From NCBI GenBank assembly GCA_039208735.1, contig JBCCQY010000150.1:1-23275 (forward strand): a stretch of 23,275 nucleotides of DNA, written 5' to 3'. The position numbers were made by a program, and so were the translations under genes. This stretch comes from Myxococcota bacterium (lineage in GTDB: Bacteria; Myxococcota_A; UBA796; GCA-2862545). The notes below the pieces were generated by a model, which did not search any database, was not told the origin of the DNA, and worked only from the letters and a program-made list of their open reading frames with translations. How positions within the stretch are numbered: position 1 is the stretch's first letter; the number at the start of each line of letters is the position of its first letter. Below are positions 16,474 to 23,275 of this stretch, piece after piece.

Positions 16474-17213
16474 TGTTCGCCCTCGAGGACGTTGGCGTGC
16501 GCTATGCGAACACGGTGGCGCTAACCGGGATTTCGCTTCGACTGGCGCCCCGCGAAGTGGTGGGACTCATCGGTCCTAGCGGGGCGGGTAAGACCACGTT
16601 GCTTGGGCTGCTCAATGGCACGGTGCAAGCGAGCGAAGGCCAGGTGACGGTCGATGGGGCGGTCGTGGCGAGCCTGCGACCGCATGCGCTGCGGAACCTG
16701 CGGGCCAGCATCGGGGTCATTCCGCAGCAATTCGACTTGGTGCCCGCTCTCAACGCAGCGCAGAACGTCCTGCTCGGCCAACTCGGGCGTCAGGGGTGGT
16801 GGGGAGGGGTGCGGGCCCTCGTGGCCCCTCGACGCGCAGACCTTGAGGCGGTTCATGCCCTGTTGGGACGCCTGGGCATTGGCGACAAGCTGTTTCATCC
16901 AACCGATTCGTTGTCGGGTGGAGAGCAACAGCGGGTGGCCATCGCTCGAGCGCTGTTCCAGGAACCACGCGCCTTGCTGGCCGATGAACCCGTGGCGAGC
17001 GTCGATCCGGTGAGGGCGCGCGAGGTCCTCGACCTGTTGCGTGTCGTAGCCGAGCAAGCAGGCGCGACCTTGGTGATCAGCCTGCACGATCTCGCGTTGG
17101 CGCGCACCTTGCCCCGACTGATCGGCCTGCGCAACGGCACGGTGGCGTTCGACGGTGCACCCGACCAGTTGGATGACCCAGCGGCCGAGGCGCTGTACCG
17201 GCCGTCCGCGTGA
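16473..17213 (+). CDS. PhnC-like ABC transporter ATP-binding protein
   Basis: Walker A GPSGAGKT, LSGGEQQRVAIAR, Walker B LLADEP, SLH; 1-nt overlap with the binding-protein stop. Confidence 0.92.
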   Translation: MFALEDVGVRYANTVALTGISLRLAPREVVGLIGPSGAGKTTLLGLLNGTVQASEGQVTVDGAVVASLRPHALRNLRASIGVIPQQFDLVPALNAAQNVLLGQLGRQGWWGGVRALVAPRRADLEAVHALLGRLGIGDKLFHPTDSLSGGEQQRVAIARALFQEPRALLADEPVASVDPVRAREVLDLLRVVAEQAGATLVISLHDLALARTLPRLIGLRNGTVAFDGAPDQLDDPAAEALYRPSA

Positions 17214-17986
17214 CGCGATTGCGCTGGTGGGGCCTTGCGTTGGGAGCCGTGGTCGCCGCGGGATTTCTCGGTCTCGACCCTCGCGAACTGTGGCCGAACA
17301 CGCCAGGTCTCCTGGCCGAGATGGTCTACGCGGCCGTCACGCCGGCTCTCGTCGATGAAGCAACGGGAACCGTGCCCTTGCTGCCGGTGGTGGGCGAAGC
17401 CGCGCTCATGACGGTGGCCATCGCCGCCGCGGCCTTTGGCATCGCGCTGCTGGTGGCCGTACCCTTGGGTGCGCTGGCTTCCACGCGATTCAGCGGCGGA
17501 GGCGCCACCTGGGTGGTGGTGCGAGGCCTCATCGCGGCGATGCGGTCGGTGCACGAACTGCTCTGGGCCATCCTGTTGCTAGCCGCATTGGGGCTGTCGA
17601 CGGGGAGCGCGGTGTTGGCGCTGGCCATTCCCTCGGCGGGCACGCTCGCCCGGGTGTTCGGGGACTTGCTCGATGAGACTCCCGAAAACGGTTCTCGGGC
17701 CTTGCGTTCCACGGGCGCATCCGAACTTCAGGCCCTGGTGTTTGGTGTGGTGCCTCGGGCCATGCCCAACCTCATCGCCTACGCGTTGTACCGCTTTGAA
17801 TGCGCGGTCCGATCCTCGGCGGTGCTAGGGTTCTTCGGCTTTCCGACCCTCGGGTACGGCATCGCGAGTTCGGTCGACGCGGTCCACTTCCATGAAACCT
17901 GGACCTACCTCTATGCCCTGTTCGCCCTTGTCGTCGGGCTGGAGCGCTGGAGTGCAGGGGTTCGCCGACGGTGGGTGCGCACATGA
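17210..17986 (+). CDS. PhnE-like ABC permease
   Basis: Hydrophobic; RSVHELLWA, EAA-like loop ALRSTGAS, YRFECAVRSSAVLGFFG; GTGA overlap. Confidence 0.88.
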   Translation: MTRLRWWGLALGAVVAAGFLGLDPRELWPNTPGLLAEMVYAAVTPALVDEATGTVPLLPVVGEAALMTVAIAAAAFGIALLVAVPLGALASTRFSGGGATWVVVRGLIAAMRSVHELLWAILLLAALGLSTGSAVLALAIPSAGTLARVFGDLLDETPENGSRALRSTGASELQALVFGVVPRAMPNLIAYALYRFECAVRSSAVLGFFGFPTLGYGIASSVDAVHFHETWTYLYALFALVVGLERWSAGVRRRWVRT

Positions 17987-18837
17987 CGCTCGACGAACTG
18001 CGCCGCAATCGGCCCAGGGATCCCTTCCTTCAGGTCTCCGCGATGGCCTTTGTGGCGCTCATCGTGGGATCGTGGCTGTTCGTGGACTTCGATTGGCCCG
18101 AGCCCGGCCGAGCGTGGCGAAACCTCCTGCGGTTCGCCGAGGAGAGCCGCCCGACCCTGACGTTTGCCTGGTGGGCGCAGACCGTCCGCTTCGATGTGGT
18201 CGCGAACACCGTGGCTCTCGCGGTGGTGGGCACGGCCCTGGCGACGGTGGGAGGCGCGCTTTCGGTCCCCGGCGCTTCGCGCAAACTCACCGAGCCCACG
18301 CCTTGGTTGCCCGACGACCGGCCTTGGGCGCGCGCCTTTGGCGGCCTGTTGCGGGGGGCGGTCCGGCTGGGGCTCGTCTTCTTACGGGCGATTCCCGAGT
18401 ACGTGTGGGCCTTCTTGCTCGTTGCGCTCTGGGGGTTGTCGCCTTGGCCTGCGGTGCTCGCGCTGGGGCTGCACAACGGGGGCATTCTCGGCAAGTTGTT
18501 CACCGAGACCGTCGATGACCTCGAACCCGCCGCACCACGAGCCCTTGCCGCATTGGGGGCCGGGCGTTTCGCCATCGCCACCGCAGGGGTGCTGCCGCAG
18601 GTTCAACGGCGCTGGTTGCTCTACGTCTTTGTTCGCTGGGAGAGCTGCATTCGTGAAGCCACGGTGGTCGGCCTCGTAGGCGTCGTGTCCATCGGCTGGG
18701 CGATCCGCGAAGCGCGGGCTCGGACCCACTACGACGAGATGGTTGCCTTGATGCTCGTCAGCGCCTTGCTCATCGTGGGAGCCGATGCGCTTTCGCTCTG
18801 GTTGCGGTCGCGCGGCCGAAGTCGGTGGCAGAGATGA
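17983..18837 (+). CDS. PhnE-like ABC permease (second subunit)
   Basis: RAIPEYVWA, GILGKLFTETVD, RWESCIREATVVGLVG; ATGA overlap at 17983-17986. Confidence 0.88.
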   Translation: MTLDELRRNRPRDPFLQVSAMAFVALIVGSWLFVDFDWPEPGRAWRNLLRFAEESRPTLTFAWWAQTVRFDVVANTVALAVVGTALATVGGALSVPGASRKLTEPTPWLPDDRPWARAFGGLLRGAVRLGLVFLRAIPEYVWAFLLVALWGLSPWPAVLALGLHNGGILGKLFTETVDDLEPAAPRALAALGAGRFAIATAGVLPQVQRRWLLYVFVRWESCIREATVVGLVGVVSIGWAIREARARTHYDEMVALMLVSALLIVGADALSLWLRSRGRSRWQR

Positions 18838-18872
18838 TCCGGTTGCAGGCTCGAAAGGACGAAGGCTGATCA
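18835..18872 (+). repeat. Single-arm, degenerate copy (C) of the TGATC-bounded hairpin element
   Basis: TGATC-CGGTT-GCAGG-CTCGAAAG-GACGA-AGGC-TGATCA; same core motif with an imperfect outer stem. Confidence 0.6.
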
Positions 18873-18948
18873 CCGCTGGCCTTCGGCGCTACGCGCCTGC
18901 AGGCTCACGCGGTCAGCTTTCGTCGCTCACGCTCCTGCAAGCTGATCA
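18867..18948 (-). mobile_element. Miniature structured element (copy B), two-arm, between TGATCA repeats 76 bp apart
   Basis: Minus strand: TGATC-AGCTT-GCAGGA-GC(GTGA)GC-GACGA-AAGCT-GA-CCGC-GTGA-GCCT-GCAGG-CGC(GTA)GCG-CCGA-AGGC-CA-GCGG-TGATCA; colinear with copy A, with covarying stems. Confidence 0.7.
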
Positions 18949-19776
18949 CCGGATCTCCATGGTGAATCCATCCCAGACGACGCCACCGCGAGCGTCCACC
19001 ACGACGACCCAGCCCTCCACCACACCGGGCTCGGACGGTGCCGTGAACTGCGTCGTGGCTCTTCCGTCAGCCAGTTCGACGCGCGACTGCGACAACCCAC
19101 CGGCCGTGGTGTAGAACGAGGCCGTCAAGGTCTCGATTCGGTCGAACAAGGCCGATTCTTCGGCCACGTAGACGACGTAGGGCTCGGCATCTTCGGGAGC
19201 CGTTCGCACCCCGAGGGTCACCGTTTCCCCGACACCGAGGCGTTCCGGCACCAACAGGGCCTCGATGGTGGGGTGTTCGTTTTCGACGTAGCGGTCCTCA
19301 AACGCATCGAAGATGACCCTGGTCGCTCCTGACAAATCGCATCGAATGCGTTGAAAGCCAAAGGCGCGCGCGGCTTCCGTGGCGGCTTGGTAGGGCAGGA
19401 AGTACCCACCTGTCGGGTCGGGGTCGGCGGGGCGGCGGGGCGGTTCGTCGCCTTCGACGGGGGGAGGGTTGGGGCCGAAGCGTGCGCACGCGTCGCCCGG
19501 AATCACGGTCGCGGCGGTCACCGAAACCAACGCGTCGCCTTGGGCGCAGGCTGCCGTGACTGCGGTGCGCTCATCGACCGTGCGCGGCTCTTCACAGTAG
19601 GACCACTGCACCGAGGAAGGCATGGGTTCCTCGGGCGACACGGCGAGCGCCTCGAGCGTGATGGGCGCATTGGGGCGGGCCTCGGCGGGAAGGCCTCGCA
19701 CGGCGAGGATTCGAGGTTCATCGACTCGTCCCGCCCGATCCTCGAAGGTCGGCAGGCATCCGATGAGCCAGATCAT
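18946..19776 (-). CDS. Hypothetical lipoprotein accompanying the TonB-dependent receptor
   Basis: MIWLIGC lipobox at 19776 (TGATG overlap); PRILAVRGLPAEARP N-terminal and WVVVVDARGGVVW C-terminal motifs; Cys-rich middle. Confidence 0.75.
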   Translation of the reverse strand: MIWLIGCLPTFEDRAGRVDEPRILAVRGLPAEARPNAPITLEALAVSPEEPMPSSVQWSYCEEPRTVDERTAVTAACAQGDALVSVTAATVIPGDACARFGPNPPPVEGDEPPRRPADPDPTGGYFLPYQAATEAARAFGFQRIRCDLSGATRVIFDAFEDRYVENEHPTIEALLVPERLGVGETVTLGVRTAPEDAEPYVVYVAEESALFDRIETLTASFYTTAGGLSQSRVELADGRATTQFTAPSEPGVVEGWVVVVDARGGVVWDGFTMEIR

Positions 19777-21809
19777 CAAAACACCACCTCCACGCCCAGC
19801 ACCGGCACGATGGGCAAACCGCGGATCGTGCCGCGCTCCCGGTAATCCGCGCTGTAGAAGATCTCTTCGACGTTCGCTCGATTCGTCACATTGACCACGT
19901 CGAGCCAAAGCCGGGTTCGCCCGATTCGCGTTGGGGGCGCCCACGCGATTCGGGTCGACAACGACAAGAACATGGGCAGGCGCTCGCTGTTTTGCGGCCC
20001 AAAGATCGGGTCGAACGATTGCTGTCGGGCATCAAAGATCGCACCCTCCACGGGTGTACGCGGAAAGCCTGACGTGACTTCGAGGCGAGCGCCCAGTTCG
20101 AAGGGCTCGGGTTGCCAGCTCGCGGCCAGTTGCAGGTTGAACGGTTGGTCGAGGTCGAACCTGCGCCACGGGAGGTCCGCACCGTTGCGTCGCTCCGAGC
20201 GTTGCCAAGTCGCAGAGAGGCTCGCGACGGCTCGCGGCACATTCACCCGCATCGTAAGCTGAGCACCGATCGCCCGGCCCTCTCCCGCGTTGACCAACGC
20301 GCTGGCAAGCGCCGGCGTGGGGCTGGGGGAGCGGACGGCAAGATCGCGTTGGCGAACGCGAAACGCCAGAAGTTCGGCGGTCCAGCGGGCGAGCGGACGC
20401 GTGAGAACGCCGGCCACCGCATGCCACGCCTCACCATGGTCGAGTTGCGGATTGCCGAAGATGGGCGAAAGGTCGCCGGCATCGGGAGGCTGGTGCAAAC
20501 GTCCGCCAGCGGCGATGAGCGAGACCCGCGGAGAGAGGCGCAGACGAGCTTGGAGTCGGGGATCTGTGAAGACCCGAAGCCGCGTGAAGCCGACGGGCGG
20601 CTCGGTGGGGCGAACCGGCAGAATTCGGCTGCCGTCGGTCACCGAAGGCTCGAGCCGGAGCCCTGGCTCGAGGCGGATCGCCCCGAAGTCGAAGCGTGCG
20701 GAGACAAACCCGCCCACCCCGGCCTGCCGTGCCGACCACACGTCCAGGTTCACGCGATTGCCCGGCGGCTGACCGAACACCTGGACGTCCCCCTCGCGCG
20801 CGGGGAGGCTCAATGCGCCGTCGCGCAACACCTCGGTGGACTGGAGTTCGGCGTCGAGGCCCCCCCGAAGGCGCAAGGGCCCGTGCGTTCGCTCATGGAC
20901 GAGCAGGGCTCCGAGGCTCGTGGCGGTGCGCTGCTCTTCGGCGGTCACGTCCCGGAAGTCGAGGAAGACGGTGTCGCGGTCGAGGCCCCCCCAAAGGAGC
21001 AACGACGTGCGTTGAAGGGTGACCGGGTGCCGAACGAGCCGAATCCCCACCCGATGAAACGCCACGTCGGTGCGCTCAGTGAAACCCGCATCGGGGGTCA
21101 GCGCTGGAATGCCGCGTTCGGTCCGGTCGCCGCTGCCGAAGGCCAGCACGGTGAGGGTTCCGCCCTGGGAAGGGCCGTGGAGCCGCGCTTGGTAGTCCCA
21201 GGTGTCGGGAATGGGGATGAGTTGTTGGAGGTCGGCGGGCAGAAATCCGTCCGCGAGGCGCCCGAGGACCCCAACGCGGCCTCCTCCCGCCAGGGTGACG
21301 GAACCCAGTTTGACGTGAGCGCTGCCGCCCACATCGATGGGATCGGCGTGCAGGCGGAACCCCGCGTTCGTATCGGGCGGGCCTTGGGTATTGACGGCAA
21401 CCACGCCGCCCAGGCCGCGACCGTAGCGGGCACTTGGCGCCCCAGGCACTAGGCGAATGGTCTTCACCGCGTGACTTGGCAGAATCGACCGCAATCCCCC
21501 GCGATGAAACAGCCGAGGCACGGGAATGTCGTCGATGTACAGGCGGGTGGCCGTCGGTGAACCGCCCCAGATGGTAAGCCCGTCCTGCCCAATGGGGTTT
21601 CGGGCCACTCCGGCAACCGTCTGCACGGCCTTCACGGCGTCGCCTTGAACGCCCGGAACGCGCTCCGCTTCTTCGGCTTGGATCGTCCGTTCGGTCGCAT
21701 CCTCGCGGGATTCGATCTCGGACTGCCCGATCACCACGATCTCGTAATCGTCCTCGGCGACCGGCTGGGCCACGGCCGTCAGCCACGTCGAGGACCAAAG
21801 CCCAATCAC
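19776..21809 (-). CDS. TonB-dependent outer-membrane receptor
   Basis: TonB-box-like YEIVVIG; plug (VPGVQGDAVKAVQTVAGV...LYIDDIPV...SARYGRGLGGVV); beta-barrel ending LDVVNVTNR...GVEVVF (terminal Phe); GTGA overlap gives start 21809. Confidence 0.88.
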   Translation of the reverse strand: MIGLWSSTWLTAVAQPVAEDDYEIVVIGQSEIESREDATERTIQAEEAERVPGVQGDAVKAVQTVAGVARNPIGQDGLTIWGGSPTATRLYIDDIPVPRLFHRGGLRSILPSHAVKTIRLVPGAPSARYGRGLGGVVAVNTQGPPDTNAGFRLHADPIDVGGSAHVKLGSVTLAGGGRVGVLGRLADGFLPADLQQLIPIPDTWDYQARLHGPSQGGTLTVLAFGSGDRTERGIPALTPDAGFTERTDVAFHRVGIRLVRHPVTLQRTSLLLWGGLDRDTVFLDFRDVTAEEQRTATSLGALLVHERTHGPLRLRGGLDAELQSTEVLRDGALSLPAREGDVQVFGQPPGNRVNLDVWSARQAGVGGFVSARFDFGAIRLEPGLRLEPSVTDGSRILPVRPTEPPVGFTRLRVFTDPRLQARLRLSPRVSLIAAGGRLHQPPDAGDLSPIFGNPQLDHGEAWHAVAGVLTRPLARWTAELLAFRVRQRDLAVRSPSPTPALASALVNAGEGRAIGAQLTMRVNVPRAVASLSATWQRSERRNGADLPWRRFDLDQPFNLQLAASWQPEPFELGARLEVTSGFPRTPVEGAIFDARQQSFDPIFGPQNSERLPMFLSLSTRIAWAPPTRIGRTRLWLDVVNVTNRANVEEIFYSADYRERGTIRGLPIVPVLGVEVVF

Positions 21810-22681
21810 GGAACCTCGAACTCGGCGAGCCAAAGTCCCGGTACTTCCCCTTCGGCGAAGTGAACGCGGGAGTCGAAGGGGTACTGGGTGGTGCCGGCTC
21901 TCGCGACGACCTCGCTGTCGAGCTGTGCGACGGCCACCATGTTCACCGCAGGATGATCGCAGGGCGAAAAGAGGTGTGCGAAAATCTGGTATCGCCCCGA
22001 TGGCGGGGGATTAAGCCAGATGATGTTCTCGCGGTTGCGCAGATCAAGCCTGCACTGCTGATTCGAGTCGAAATCCAGGTAGCCGCCTTGCATCCATCCA
22101 TCGGGGTCCGCGATGGGTCCGTTGGGCGCGGGCAGGCTGTTGAGGTCTTTGGCGCCGATCACCACTCCGTCGGGGTCGACCACGTGGAGGTCCACATCGG
22201 CGGGGGCATCCCAGGCGAGCGACACGAGAAGGACGGCCGGGGGCAGATCGTCGCGCAGTAGCAGTTCGGTCTCGAAGACCGGACCGAGGCGTCCGTCTGC
22301 GTCAGCCGCGGCCAACCGCAGGGGGATCCGGTCCTTTGGCACTGCATGGGAAATCGAGAGTTCGGCCGAAAACTGCAGCTCATCGGCGACCACGAAATCG
22401 AACCCTTGGGCGGGCAGGACCCAGTGATCATCGTCGCCTTCGGCCTGAAGGTGCAGCGCTACGCCGCCGGGCGCCAGCCGACCATTCAACGCCACGCCGG
22501 TCTCGCCTCGGAGCACTTCGGGTTGGGGTCGAAGGACCTGTGAAACGGTCGGTCCGCCTCGGTCGGGGCCGATCGGTCCGTTCTGGAGTTGGGCTCCCGC
22601 CACTTGGATGGACAGGTCCAGGCCCGGTCCAAACTGGGACACCGAAGACGTACAGCCCCACAGGGCGAGCATCCAGGCCAT
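21806..22681 (-). CDS. Hypothetical lipoprotein with YfaP-like domain
   Basis: MAWMLALWGC lipobox; VSLAWDAPADVDLHVVDP...LDFDSN...ENIIW...PPSGRYQI pattern. Confidence 0.75.
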   Translation of the reverse strand: MAWMLALWGCTSSVSQFGPGLDLSIQVAGAQLQNGPIGPDRGGPTVSQVLRPQPEVLRGETGVALNGRLAPGGVALHLQAEGDDDHWVLPAQGFDFVVADELQFSAELSISHAVPKDRIPLRLAAADADGRLGPVFETELLLRDDLPPAVLLVSLAWDAPADVDLHVVDPDGVVIGAKDLNSLPAPNGPIADPDGWMQGGYLDFDSNQQCRLDLRNRENIIWLNPPPSGRYQIFAHLFSPCDHPAVNMVAVAQLDSEVVARAGTTQYPFDSRVHFAEGEVPGLWLAEFEVP

Positions 22682-23275
22682 CAGAAGCGAACCTCCAATC
22701 GGACGCGGACCGCGTCGTTGGCAAGCTGAGCCGGTCGTCCCTGGGCATCCCGGCCAAGCGAATTCTGCTGGAGTTCGAGTTCTCCAAGCAGCCGCAAGCG
22801 TGTGACTTCAGAAAGAGCGTGCTGCAGTGAAATTCCAGCTGTCACGGTGCGAAACCGGCGTCTGGTGACCACCACGTCCCCACCAAACTGCTCGAGGGCA
22901 TCGAGGTTGGGGTCGTACTGTTCGAACCGCACGCCGGCGGTGACATGTCGCCCGATGTCTTGGGTGGCTCCGACGAGCCATCCCACACTGCGTTGGTCCC
23001 GGCCGAGCAGGACGGGGTCGGCCGGCGCCACGATGCGGTCGATGTTGACGCCAATGGCCATCTCGCCGAACACGAACAACTCGCCAAGTACGGGCAATTC
23101 GGCCCAAACCTGGACGTCTCCCCCCACCGCGAAGCGGTCGAAGTTCTCGGAGGGGCGGCCCGCAGAGCCGGGAATGGGAATCAGCTCGGCCAAGATGACC
23201 CGGCCGTCTTCGTTGAGATCTCGCCATTCGAAGGAGTCTTTCGTAGGCGCGGTCCCTGCGCTGAACCCGGTTCCG
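22681..23275 (-). CDS. Porin-like outer-membrane beta-barrel protein, 5' end outside the window
   Basis: Frame is open to the window edge (GTGFSAGTAPTKDSFEWRDLNEDGRVILAELIPIPG...); amphipathic strands and C-terminal VRLEVRF; DLNEDG EF-hand-like loop. Confidence 0.72.
   Translation of the reverse strand, partial: GTGFSAGTAPTKDSFEWRDLNEDGRVILAELIPIPGSAGRPSENFDRFAVGGDVQVWAELPVLGELFVFGEMAIGVNIDRIVAPADPVLLGRDQRSVGWLVGATQDIGRHVTAGVRFEQYDPNLDALEQFGGDVVVTRRRFRTVTAGISLQHALSEVTRLRLLGELELQQNSLGRDAQGRPAQLANDAVRVRLEVRF

Noticed and set aside
15628..18837. Calling the transporter a phosphonate (phnCDE) system
   Set aside because: No C-P lyase or other phosphonate genes nearby; binding-protein motifs and senAB context point to the selenium-associated subfamily, so no gene symbols were assigned.
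18835..18872. TGA followed by a hairpin as a selenocysteine codon/SECIS near selenium genes
   Set aside because: The permease is complete at this stop and the hairpin belongs to the repeat family. I saw no in-frame TGA at a catalytic Cys position in any gene here; the redoxin has CxxC.

Overview
GC-rich (roughly 65% by eye) bacterial DNA, most likely Myxococcota, judged from a MYXO-CTERM-like sorting tail and many Cys-lipoproteins. Left to right: (i) a peroxisome-type beta-oxidation pair (MFE-2/HSD17B4-like SDR-hydratase2-SCP2-SCP2 fusion coupled to an SCPx-type thiolase) divergent from an AraC regulator; (ii) a candidate structured sRNA with terminator, an AT-rich promoter and a small gene frameshifted by a 101-bp insertion between TGATC direct repeats; (iii) two divergent orphan response regulators; (iv) secreted and lipoprotein genes (beta-propellers, TSP3 repeats, VWA-like, redoxin); (v) a selenoneine-type cluster (senB divergent from senA) followed by a PhnDCEE-like putative selenium ABC importer; (vi) a convergent outer-membrane uptake operon with a TonB-dependent receptor. 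The most striking unannotated signal is a family of tiny TGATC-bounded hairpin elements (5079-5189 and 18835-18948). They share a TGCAGG(A)-hairpin-(GA/C)CGAA core and show compensatory stem changes. Precise removal of the first copy restores a clean 154-aa ORF. All family assignments come from motif recognition; no searches were run.
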